NCBI GenBank assembly: GCA_018268935.1
Contig: JAFDVS010000032.1
Location: 17,987-81,986, forward strand
Length of the DNA stretch: 64,000 bases
Direction of reading: 5' to 3'
DNA from: Acidobacteriota bacterium
GTDB taxonomy: Bacteria > Acidobacteriota > Terriglobia > Bryobacterales > Bryobacteraceae
Below are positions 55,834 to 64,000 of this stretch, piece by piece (within the stretch, counting starts at the first letter, position 1; every line of letters begins with the position of its first letter). The notes beneath the pieces are model-generated. The model was not told the DNA's origin and did not search any database. It was given only the letters and a program-made list of their open reading frames with translations. The position numbers and the translations under genes were made by a program.

Positions 55834-57180
55834 TTACAGGAAGCCAAGATTCTGTGTCGTGAAATTCGCCAGGTTCGGAAACACGCTCAGCAGGTCGCTC
55901 TGCGGCACTCCAAACCATTGCGCCAACGTCGCACCATACACATCTAGCGGTGTCGTCGGGATCCAGTTGCCCCGATTCCCCGAATCGTCCGGACCCTGCA
56001 GCGCCAAGGTCGGAAATGTCCCATACATCTCTCCGCCCTTCAGCGCCGCTCCCATCAATAAATGATGCCCGCCCCATGCATGATCCGTGCCCGCTCCTTG
56101 CGATGGCTGGAAGGTCCGGCTGAATTCCGATTCCGTAAACGTCGTCACCTGGTTCGCTACTCCCATCTCCACCGTCGCGTTCTGGAATGCAGCCAGCGCA
56201 TCACTCAACTGCGTCAGCAAATTGGCATGATCCGGCAACTGGTTGCTGTGCGTATCAAACCCGCCCATTGACGCAAAGAAGATCTGCCGCCGCATCCCCA
56301 ACTGCCCGCGCACCTGAATCAGCCGCGCAATCTGCGCCATCTGATTCCCCAACCCCGTAGTCGGAAATGCAGTCGCCAGCGGATTCGACGTCGTCGCCTG
56401 ATTAATCAATTGCGCAATGCGGATTCCTTCCTTTGTATTCGCGCTCGCCGCCTGCACCAAAGCCATTCCCGAATCCATCTCCAGCAGTTCCTGCACCGAC
56501 ACATCGCGCGCCACCATCGCCGCATTGGCCGGGTTCGTTCCTTCCAATCCCGTGCTGGTCTGCCCGGGATTCACCGTGGCCGGTTTTGTCGTCACGCCGT
56601 TCAACAACAGCGCGCCGCCGCTGACCGACACACCGAGCGGAAATGAAGAAGGCTGATTGATCCCGTACTGCGTCAGCTTGTCCGCAATCCGTCCGCCCCA
56701 TCCCGTTGTGCCACCCAGCGGCATTCCCGTCTGCCACTGCGAGGTTTGATCGGAGTGCGAAAAAAGATTGCTCGGCACCTGTCCCCCACTCAGATATTGC
56801 TGCCGCGTTGTCGGCCGCACCAGCATTCCGACGTTCGCTACTGCCGCCAGCCGTTTCTGCGCCCACAACGGATGCAGCGAAGCAAATGACGGATGCAGTC
56901 CATACACAACCCCCGAACTCGTCGGGCATTGCAAAATCGTGCCCTGTGGGATCGCCAGTGTTCCCCGCACTCCCGCATACTGCGAGTACTGCGTGCTATA
57001 CGGCAGCACCATGTTGTTCGCGTCGTTCCCGCCAAACAGGAACACGCATACCAGGGCTTTGTAATCCCCCGTCGATTGCGCCAGGGCGTTTATCATTCCC
57101 ATCCGGCTGAACTGGCTGGCCACGGTCAGCGTACTCACCGAACAGCAGCCGAAACGCAGAAAGTTTCTTCTTGATGTCAT
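55834..57180 (-). CDS. DUF1501-domain protein (sulfatase-like, Tat signal)
   Basis: MTSRRNFLRFG twin-arginine leader. LVCVFLFGGNDANNM, MGGFDTHSNQ and GTDHAWGGH blocks are typical of DUF1501. Confidence 0.85.
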   Translation of the reverse strand: MTSRRNFLRFGCCSVSTLTVASQFSRMGMINALAQSTGDYKALVCVFLFGGNDANNMVLPYSTQYSQYAGVRGTLAIPQGTILQCPTSSGVVYGLHPSFASLHPLWAQKRLAAVANVGMLVRPTTRQQYLSGGQVPSNLFSHSDQTSQWQTGMPLGGTTGWGGRIADKLTQYGINQPSSFPLGVSVSGGALLLNGVTTKPATVNPGQTSTGLEGTNPANAAMVARDVSVQELLEMDSGMALVQAASANTKEGIRIAQLINQATTSNPLATAFPTTGLGNQMAQIARLIQVRGQLGMRRQIFFASMGGFDTHSNQLPDHANLLTQLSDALAAFQNATVEMGVANQVTTFTESEFSRTFQPSQGAGTDHAWGGHHLLMGAALKGGEMYGTFPTLALQGPDDSGNRGNWIPTTPLDVYGATLAQWFGVPQSDLLSVFPNLANFTTQNLGFL

Positions 57181-57212
57181 GGTTGATTCCTCCTTTTGTT
57201 ACCGGCTATCCC

Positions 57213-59795
57213 CTACGGCTCCACCTGATACTGGCTCGAGGAGCCCACCAGGTATGCCGCGTTCCGTGCCCTCGTCCGCACATCCGTGGTCGCGTTCAGC
57301 GCCGTGAGGATGCTTGTCTTCATCGCTGCTGACATAGCGCCATGCATCAGCGCCTGATTCAGCGCTTCCACCAACGCCGGCGGATCAGAGGCCAGCCGCT
57401 CCAACTCCGCCAGATCCACTACCACCGTTGACCCCAACCCGTTGCGGCTCGCCCGGTAGATGAAGTTCACCCGGTTCAGCGCCACCGATGGCGTATTGAT
57501 CTGGTATTCCGGAGCCACTACTCCGTTGGCGCGGTAGAAAGGAGAGAAGTAGTTGAACACACTCGGGGCATTCCACAGGTTCTGCCCCATGTTGTTCGCA
57601 TAGCTGTTCAATCCATGTTCCGCCAGTACATCCGCATCCAACCCGCGCAGGTAGCTCAGGATGAACAGCACCGGCTCACGCAGTTTGCCCGAACTCGCCG
57701 TGATTGCATCCGCTTCCGGATCCGTCACAATCGCCTTCGCCGTTTCCCACAAATCACCGCCGGTCTGCTGGAAGCGCGTGGCCACCCGCTGCACATACGC
57801 AGGAGATGGCTGCCCCATCACCAACCGTTGAATCAGGCGCAGCGCCACGAACGGCGGCACGTTCGGATGCTGCCTGATGTTCTCGATCACCATCTCCAGT
57901 TCTTCCGGAGCCGTTCGTCCCGCCGGAATCACCATGCCGTTGAGCAGTGTCTTCTGCGTCTTATCGTGATTCTCATCCGCGGCGATCATCTGTCCTACGT
58001 AGTAAGAGGGATTGATCGACTTCGGCGCCGCGCCCGGCTTCGTCGGATACGTCCACCCGGTGAGCGCGCGTGCGAAGTGCTTCACGTTGTCTTCGGTGTA
58101 AGTGGGTATCGGCTTGCCGAACGAATCCAATTTGTTCGTCCCATCCATGTTCAGCAGGTTCAATCCCACCGTGAACAACTGCAGCAACTCACGGCCGTAA
58201 TTCTCATTCGGCTCCAGTCCCCGCGCCGGATTCGCTTTCACGTTGTTCACCATGTCCAGGAACCGGCCCATCGTCGGACTCAGCGTCACTTCCTTCAGCA
58301 ACGTGAAGTAATTCCCGAACGCATGCTGGTTCATCAGCCGCATGTACGGCACCAGTTGCTGCGAAGAACCTGTCTTCACGCCCGATACCACCAGGATCTG
58401 GCTCAATGCGAACCCCATCCGTTGCCGCAATTGATCTCGCCCCGTCATCGCGTTCAGGTAGAACGCCCGTTGCGCCGGAGTGATTGACGAAGAATCCACC
58501 AACGGCTCTGGCAAGTCCGAAACCGGCGCCGTGCGCTGTTCGTTCAGCCATGCCGCAATCCCCTTGGTCTGCAATTCGGCGATGCTTTCCGGCGATCCAC
58601 CCCAGCTTGCCCGCTGCAGGAATCGAGCCGCAACCGCCGGAGTCATCTGCGCATTCGTCACCTGCACCGGCACAATCAACGCATTCGACGAGACCGCGCC
58701 CGGATCCGGATTGCGCACGCTCACCGTCACCACGCCGCCCAGTCCGTAAGGGATCTTCGCCGTGGCCATCACGTAGGTTGGCGCGACCTGCAAAATCGTT
58801 GCCTGCGTCGAGCCCACCCACAGTGTCGCCCCGCTGGCCAAGCCGCTCAACTCCACGCGGAAGGCAGGCTGTGTCCCCGGCACCAGCACGCCGGGCAGCA
58901 CGCGAGTAACAGCCGGCACTGGATTCTGTAGCGAAATCGTCGATGTGTCACTGATCGCCGTATTTGTCTTGCTCGTGGCCTTGACACTGACCTGTGGTGT
59001 GGCAGGCAGTGTTGCCGGTGGCGTATACAATCCCGTATCGGAGATGGTTCCGAATGTCGCATTCCCGCCCACTACACCGTTCACCGTCCATGTCACCGAC
59101 TTATCCACCGCATTGCCCACACTCACGCTCATCTGCTTCGTCGTGCCGATGCGCATCGTGTAAGTGTCGGGATACACATTGACGGTCACCGTCGGCATGA
59201 TCTTGAAGTATTTCCCACTCGTCTGCACGGCCCCGGGTTCCGGATTGCTCACGCAAATCGTCGTGTCCCGTGGCGTGTTGTCGGTTGCTGTTACGCGTAG
59301 CTCCGTCGCGGATACGAACGTGGTCGGCACAGCCGCATCGCCGATCTTCGCCACTGATCCGCGCACGAACCCGCGCCCCGTCACTACCACCGTGAACGTG
59401 CCGATGTTCACCGAATTCGGCGCCAGGCTGGTGATCCCAGGCTCCGGATTCTGTAGTGTGACCGTGCTCTCGGCAAACGCCGTCGCATCGGCCGCGCTGG
59501 TCGCCCGCACTTTGATGACGTTCGCCGCCGGCACGATCGCAGGCGTCGTGTAGAACCCACTGGTGGAAATCGTTCCCACCGTCGCATTCCCGCCCACTAC
59601 GCCGTTCACGGCCCAAGTGACTGTCCGGTTGGCAGCGCCGGATACCGACGCAGAAAAGGTCTTAGTGGCCCCGACCCTCATCGTATAACTCGATGGGCTG
59701 ATGCTCACCGTGACTGCCGCGCCCAACGGCGCGATGTTCATCATGAGGACGGCTGCCGCATACACGTAGCCGCATCGCTGGACTGTAAATGACAT
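57213..59795 (-). CDS. DUF1800-domain protein with N-terminal duplicated Ig-like (Big_2 / IPT) modules
   Basis: 860 aa. Two Big_2-like units (VTWAVNGVVGGNATVGTIS.. and VTWTVNGVVGGNATFGTIS..), each followed by a PEPG..IPT-like unit. The C-terminal ~500 aa matches my memory of DUF1800. Canonical partner of DUF1501. Confidence 0.8.
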   Translation of the reverse strand: MSFTVQRCGYVYAAAVLMMNIAPLGAAVTVSISPSSYTMRVGATKTFSASVSGAANRTVTWAVNGVVGGNATVGTISTSGFYTTPAIVPAANVIKVRATSAADATAFAESTVTLQNPEPGITSLAPNSVNIGTFTVVVTGRGFVRGSVAKIGDAAVPTTFVSATELRVTATDNTPRDTTICVSNPEPGAVQTSGKYFKIMPTVTVNVYPDTYTMRIGTTKQMSVSVGNAVDKSVTWTVNGVVGGNATFGTISDTGLYTPPATLPATPQVSVKATSKTNTAISDTSTISLQNPVPAVTRVLPGVLVPGTQPAFRVELSGLASGATLWVGSTQATILQVAPTYVMATAKIPYGLGGVVTVSVRNPDPGAVSSNALIVPVQVTNAQMTPAVAARFLQRASWGGSPESIAELQTKGIAAWLNEQRTAPVSDLPEPLVDSSSITPAQRAFYLNAMTGRDQLRQRMGFALSQILVVSGVKTGSSQQLVPYMRLMNQHAFGNYFTLLKEVTLSPTMGRFLDMVNNVKANPARGLEPNENYGRELLQLFTVGLNLLNMDGTNKLDSFGKPIPTYTEDNVKHFARALTGWTYPTKPGAAPKSINPSYYVGQMIAADENHDKTQKTLLNGMVIPAGRTAPEELEMVIENIRQHPNVPPFVALRLIQRLVMGQPSPAYVQRVATRFQQTGGDLWETAKAIVTDPEADAITASSGKLREPVLFILSYLRGLDADVLAEHGLNSYANNMGQNLWNAPSVFNYFSPFYRANGVVAPEYQINTPSVALNRVNFIYRASRNGLGSTVVVDLAELERLASDPPALVEALNQALMHGAMSAAMKTSILTALNATTDVRTRARNAAYLVGSSSQYQVEP
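59056..59609 (-). repeat. Intragenic duplication (two copies 525 bp apart)
   Basis: GTCGCATTCCCGCCCACTAC(A/G)CCGTTCAC occurs at 59056..59084 and 59581..59609 (1 mismatch in 29 nt), with weaker similarity in the flanks. Confidence 0.7.
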
Positions 59796-60020
59796 TCGAA
59801 GTGTTTCCCTCCGGGATTCCTGTTACTATCGGGCGCGTAGTCCTAGAAGTGTGCAGCGCAAGAGGGAGAAATCTTGCCCTACTGCCAGGCTCAAACTAAC
59901 GCCTTACGAGTACTATTGGGGAGTGCGGAGAGAGACTTCATGTACCCCGTTGTAGGGGTAATAATGGAGAAACGATACCACAAGTCAAACACGCAACGTT
60001 TGCATTCCTACATTGGTGCG

Positions 60021-60038
60021 GATTCGTGTCGATTCGTG
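60021..60038 (+). promoter_or_regulatory. Direct repeat GATTCGTG-N2-GATTCGTG (10-bp period) upstream of the cytochrome gene
   Basis: Perfect 8-mers at 60021..60028 and 60031..60038, 38 nt before ATG 60076, in an AT-richer intergenic region. Confidence 0.35.
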
Positions 60039-60075
60039 GCCCCAAAACCTCGCTCTTAATACAATAGAAGTACGG

Positions 60076-60858
60076 ATGCTGATTCTCCTGGCCCTACTTG
60101 CCACCCAGGGCCCCGCGCAATTCACCGGCAATGCCATCTGCGGCGATTGCCACCGCAACATCGTCAAACGCTACGCCGCCACCACTATGTCTCGCGAAGG
60201 CGTGCTCTGCGAAAATTGCCACGGACCTGCCAATCTGCACGCCCAAGGCGCCGCCCGACTCGAAATTCCCACCGCCCTTGATCCCGCCCCCCGCGACGCC
60301 GTCTGTGCCCAATGCCACTTCACCGGCGCCGCCCGCATTCTGAAACCCAATCGCGACCTCGCCCGCTTCCGCGCCGGCGATCTCCTCACCAGCTACGCGT
60401 CTTCCTTTATATATGTCGCCGCCCCCGAGATCGGAGGGGGCAAAACAGAGCAGTTCGCCCTCAGCCGCTGCCGGCAGAAATCCCCCGATCTCTGGTGCGG
60501 CTCCTGTCACGACACCCACAGCGGCAAGACCGATCGAACCCTTTGCCAGTCCTGCCACACTCCGCAACAGTGCAACCGCGGCAAAGATTGCATCTCCTGC
60601 CACATGCCGCAGAACGATCATCGAATCGCGCGGCGCAAGACCCCGCCTCGCTCCCCAACCTGGCAGATCCGCCCCTTCACCGCCTCCGACAACGCTCCCC
60701 GTGAACTCGGGCTGGCCTACTACGAACTTTGGACGAAATCCCGCAATGCCCAACAACAGGGCGAGGCATTGCGGCTGCTGGCGAACCTCCCCAAAAAGGA
60801 CGCCAAAGTCACCTCCGCCCTCAATTCCCTACGGAAAGCTGGATCGAACCAACCATGA
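60076..60858 (+). CDS. Hexahaem c-type cytochrome (secreted)
   Basis: Start at MLILLALLATQGPAQ. Six CxxCH motifs (CGDCH, CENCH, CAQCH, CGSCH, CQSCH, CISCH). The N-terminal half is paralogous to 48056..49552. Confidence 0.8.
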   Translation: MLILLALLATQGPAQFTGNAICGDCHRNIVKRYAATTMSREGVLCENCHGPANLHAQGAARLEIPTALDPAPRDAVCAQCHFTGAARILKPNRDLARFRAGDLLTSYASSFIYVAAPEIGGGKTEQFALSRCRQKSPDLWCGSCHDTHSGKTDRTLCQSCHTPQQCNRGKDCISCHMPQNDHRIARRKTPPRSPTWQIRPFTASDNAPRELGLAYYELWTKSRNAQQQGEALRLLANLPKKDAKVTSALNSLRKAGSNQP

Positions 60859-61496
60859 AAGCTAAGGCCTTAGTCCTAGATATGGACGGCGTTTTGATTG
60901 ATTCCAACCCATTACATGCCCAAGCGTGGCTCCAGTATCTATCGCAGTACGAAAAGGCCGCCGATTCTATGTTGGAACGAATGCATGGCAAGAGGAACGA
61001 CCAGATCGTCCGCGAACTCTTCGGCCAGGATCTCTCCGAAGACGAGGTCTTCGCCCATGGCGCGGCCAAGGAGGCGCTCTACCGTACACTGATGCGTCCC
61101 CATCTGATGGCCAGTCTCATCCCCGGCGTCGCCGCGTTCCTGGAGCGTCATCGCTCTCTGCCTCTTGGTGTGGCCAGCAACGCCGAGCCGGATAACGTCG
61201 CCTTCGTCCTGGATGAAGGCGGGCTCCGCCACTACTTTTCCGCCGTCATCGACGGCCACCAGGTCGATCGGCCTAAGCCCGATCCGCAAATCTACATCCG
61301 CGTCGCCGCGCAACTCGGTGTCGCGCCCCACGATTGCGTCATCTTTGAAGATTCCGCCACAGGCATTCACGCGGCCCAGGCAGCAGGAGCGCGCGTCGTC
61401 GCGGTCCGCTCCACGGAGGTGGCTCTCCCTCCCACTGATTTTTCCATTCGCGATTTTACAGACCCTGAACTGGAGACATGGTTGGCTCAATCCTAA
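60855..61496 (+). CDS. HAD-superfamily hydrolase (beta-phosphoglucomutase-like subfamily IA)
   Basis: ATGA overlap with the cytochrome stop. LVLDMDGVLIDS (motif I), VASNA (II), KPDPQIY and FEDSATGIHAAQAAG (III/IV). Confidence 0.85.
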   Translation: MKAKALVLDMDGVLIDSNPLHAQAWLQYLSQYEKAADSMLERMHGKRNDQIVRELFGQDLSEDEVFAHGAAKEALYRTLMRPHLMASLIPGVAAFLERHRSLPLGVASNAEPDNVAFVLDEGGLRHYFSAVIDGHQVDRPKPDPQIYIRVAAQLGVAPHDCVIFEDSATGIHAAQAAGARVVAVRSTEVALPPTDFSIRDFTDPELETWLAQS

Positions 61497-63838
61497 CCCG
61501 AGGCTGCCTCATTGGCGCTTGGCTGCTGGCAACAGCGGCGTACGCCCAGGTTCCGCTTCCTCTCGAGCAGATTGCCCAACGCCGCTCTCCGGATCTGGCC
61601 CCCGCCCTCGAAGGCAAACAGGTCCTGGTCCAGGGCACCGTGGCCTCCCGCCCGATTCTCTACGGTGAATACGCCCACCTTCCGATCCGCGATGGTTCCG
61701 CGCACGGTCTCATCCTGGAAGCTCCCGACTTCATGTTTGAGCGCGTTACACCTGGCGACGTGCTCGAAGTTCGCGGCGTCGTCGCCAACCGCGGTGGCAT
61801 GCCGGTCCTCCGTCCTGTTCAATTAACTACCACCAGCCAGAGCGCACCCCCGCCGCCGCTCTCCCGCCGTATCCAGCAGTTGCAGAATGTCGATGCCATC
61901 GGACTCACTGCCCTTATCCAAGGCCGTGTGGTCACACTTGCAGAGGATTCCGGCGGCGAATACATCCTGCTCAGTGACGACCAGCCGGTCCCTTACCCCG
62001 TCTATCTCCCCAAAACCGCCAATCAAATCGGCAGCGGCCTCAATCGGTATCGCGTGGGAGATCGTGTCCGGGTTCTCGGCACCGCCTCGCAGGCTGCGCT
62101 CGAACCGCCGTACAACGACAAGTTCCGCATGGTGATTGCCGACGCCACCGCCGTCTCCCTGATGGAGCGCGATTGGCTGGTTTCTCCGCAGGTATTATTG
62201 GTCCTGATGGCTGTGCTTCTCGGCGCCGGAGGCCTCGTCCTCGCCTGGCACCAGAAGCGCATGCGCATCCGCCGCTCCATCCGGCGCATCCACAGCTTCT
62301 GCGAAGAACTGCTCACGGCTGCCACCCTTGAGGATGTCTATCGCAAGCTGCGCACTCTCGCCCCGCGCACCATGGAGATCAGTAGCGTCGAGATTTTCCG
62401 CTTCGACCGCACCAATCAGGTCCTGCGCCGCACAGTGGCCCCCGGCATGGAAACCATGCCCGCCCGCGCCGATCGCAACAATGAGCGCACCGATCATGCC
62501 GTGTCCCTTTGCTTCCGCAATCGCACGCCGCTCCACATCCCCGATACCCGCCGCAGTTCCCTCTACTGGGGCGCCAATCGCGAAGCCATCCCCAGAGGCG
62601 TCGTCCTGCTTCCCATGTTCGCCCGGGAGGAATTGATCGGCGTCCTCGAAGTCGCCCAGTATGAGCGGCCCCGCCGGTTTTATCTGGAAGAGCTGACCGC
62701 GCTCCAGCATATGGCCAATCAGGTCGCCATGGTGCTCAAGCTCATTGAGCAGCTCCAGCGCAAAGAACAGTTGATGCGTAGTGAACGCCTTGCCGCTACG
62801 GGGCAGATCATTTCCGGCGTCGCCGGCGAACTGCGCGGCCCGCTCGAATCCATCCTCTCGCTGGCCCACAAACTCCTCGAGCAGGGCGATCCTGAAGCCA
62901 AGGCGATCCTCAATGAATCGCTCCGCGCCAACGCCATCCTTTCCCGCTACAGCCAAGTCGCCGCCAAGGACGAGGAAGTCACCAACATCGAGATGAACGC
63001 TCTTGTCCAGGCCGCCGTCGAAGGTTGCAAGAAGGAAATGCAGGCCAGTGATCTTCAACTGCAGTGCGTTCTCTCCTCCGACCCGCTCTGGGTCGCGGGC
63101 TCCAGCAAACAGTTGGAAACCGTGGTCCGCAATCTCATCCTCCTTGCAGCCCGCTCCGCCAAGTCTTCGCTCGACCGCACGGTGCGCATCGAAAGCCTCT
63201 CCAGCATGCGCCGCGTCATCGTCGCGGTCCAATACGGCGTCCTTTATTTCGATGAAACTCTCGCTGCTTCCACAGCCGGCACTCGCGACGCCGATGGCCT
63301 GGGCTTGAGCGTCTGCAAAGGCATCCTTCACGGCCAGGGCGGCGACATCCGCGTCGTCCGCGCAGGCGAACAATCCTGCCGCCTTGAAATCGATCTCCCC
63401 GCCGCGTTCCCCGCCGAGCAGGTTCCGGTTAATGGACAGAACGGCCGCCGCGGCTCGCGCGCCCTCACTGCGCTCATCATTGAGCCCGACGTCCTCAACC
63501 AGCGCCGCCTCATATCCTATTGGGCCGGCCGTAAGCATCGCGCCGTTCCCGTAGCCAACGAAGAGGAGGCCCTGGAACTTCTTCGCCGCGTCAAGATCGA
63601 CGTCGTGTTCTGCGCCGTCCGCATCGGCGGCGGCAACTGGGTCGAGTTCTTTGACCAGGTCCGCAACCAGGTGGCCGTCTTCGTCCTCCTCGCCGACGGC
63701 ATGGATTCCGACGACAAGACCCTCTTCCCCGAAGACGAAGGGCTTCTCCTCCGCAAGCCCATGGAATCCGGTGAAATGGACCGCCTCCTCGACCGCATCG
63801 AGAAGCGCGTCGACACCGTGTCGCAACCCTCCGCCTAG
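61478..63838 (+). CDS. Membrane sensor with GAF, degenerate HisKA/HATPase_c and degenerate receiver domains (pseudo hybrid kinase)
   Basis: Signal/TM, about 220-aa periplasmic region, TM (LVLMAVLLGAGGLVLAW) and GAF-like region. The H-box reads VAGELRGPL (Gly450 where His is expected). The N-box reads RNLILLAARS. There is no DxGxG. G2 GLGLSVCKGILHGQGG is kept. The receiver-like tail has Ala713 at the acceptor position but keeps LRKP. Confidence 0.75.
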   Translation: MVGSILTRGCLIGAWLLATAAYAQVPLPLEQIAQRRSPDLAPALEGKQVLVQGTVASRPILYGEYAHLPIRDGSAHGLILEAPDFMFERVTPGDVLEVRGVVANRGGMPVLRPVQLTTTSQSAPPPPLSRRIQQLQNVDAIGLTALIQGRVVTLAEDSGGEYILLSDDQPVPYPVYLPKTANQIGSGLNRYRVGDRVRVLGTASQAALEPPYNDKFRMVIADATAVSLMERDWLVSPQVLLVLMAVLLGAGGLVLAWHQKRMRIRRSIRRIHSFCEELLTAATLEDVYRKLRTLAPRTMEISSVEIFRFDRTNQVLRRTVAPGMETMPARADRNNERTDHAVSLCFRNRTPLHIPDTRRSSLYWGANREAIPRGVVLLPMFAREELIGVLEVAQYERPRRFYLEELTALQHMANQVAMVLKLIEQLQRKEQLMRSERLAATGQIISGVAGELRGPLESILSLAHKLLEQGDPEAKAILNESLRANAILSRYSQVAAKDEEVTNIEMNALVQAAVEGCKKEMQASDLQLQCVLSSDPLWVAGSSKQLETVVRNLILLAARSAKSSLDRTVRIESLSSMRRVIVAVQYGVLYFDETLAASTAGTRDADGLGLSVCKGILHGQGGDIRVVRAGEQSCRLEIDLPAAFPAEQVPVNGQNGRRGSRALTALIIEPDVLNQRRLISYWAGRKHRAVPVANEEEALELLRRVKIDVVFCAVRIGGGNWVEFFDQVRNQVAVFVLLADGMDSDDKTLFPEDEGLLLRKPMESGEMDRLLDRIEKRVDTVSQPSA

Positions 63839-63909
63839 CTCCCCACTCCTTCAGAGCCGCGCGCGTCAGCAAGCGGTCAGACTAAAATGAAATTGAGGTG
63901 GCATTCCCG

Positions 63910-64000
63910 ATGCGTTCCCTAGCCCTGTTCTTCTGCCTGGCGTCGCTCGCCCTGGCCCAAAAGAAATACGACGGCCCCAAGCCTTCCAAGCAGGATGTTG
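63910..64000 (+). CDS. Start of a secreted protein (3' end outside the window)
   Basis: ATG 63910 opens MRSLALFFCLASLALAQKKYDGPKPSKQDV.., a signal peptide with an ALA-Q site. Open to the window end. Confidence 0.35.
   Translation, partial: MRSLALFFCLASLALAQKKYDGPKPSKQDV

Noticed and set aside
62195-63826. 543-aa minus-strand ORF
   Set aside because: It is antisense to the sensor-kinase-like gene, whose domain order is coherent on the plus strand. The translation is low complexity (G/A/D/E-rich).
1-64000. Scan for CRISPR arrays, tRNA/rRNA genes, IS elements, integrases and prophage genes
   Set aside because: I saw no regularly spaced repeats, no cloverleaf-like or rRNA-like segments in the short intergenic regions, and no transposase or integrase motifs in any frame. 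This was visual inspection only, so small elements could be missed.

Overview
GC-rich bacterial chromosomal segment with about 52 tightly packed protein-coding genes on both strands; many neighbours share 4-nt ATGA/TTGA start-stop overlaps. I found no rRNA, tRNA, CRISPR array, transposase or integrase by eye. Content: the end of a flagellar hook-junction operon (flgK-flgL), housekeeping genes (rsmI, glnE, a class V aminotransferase, kdgK-like kinase), a Zn/Cd-type P1B ATPase, a modBC-fmdE-thiE-like cluster, two CarboxypepD_reg-type TonB-dependent receptors, two multihaem c-type cytochromes, three PEP-CTERM modules, a DUF1800/DUF1501 pair, an S9 peptidase and a penicillin/AHL-acylase-family gene. 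This repertoire is what I associate with Acidobacteriota (Solibacter/Bryobacter-like); that is inference only. Main observations: (1) a thioredoxin-fold redoxin with an in-frame TGA at the first CxxC position, followed by a SECIS-like hairpin, so a probable selenoprotein that the ORF track split; (2) a translationally coupled triad of a PDZ pseudo-protease, an active trypsin-fold protease and a phospho-blind LuxR regulator; (3) one uninterrupted ORF holding two complete signal-peptide-to-PEP-CTERM modules; (4) a hybrid histidine kinase/receiver in which the phospho-His, the N-box Asn, the G1 box and the phospho-Asp are all substituted; (5) a VapC-type PIN toxin with an atypical 173-aa partner in an AT-richer islet with a near-consensus promoter and a structured 3' tail; (6) a TonB-receptor, heptahaem cytochrome-TPR and secreted-protein operon. 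All family calls are my motif-level readings of the translations, not database searches.
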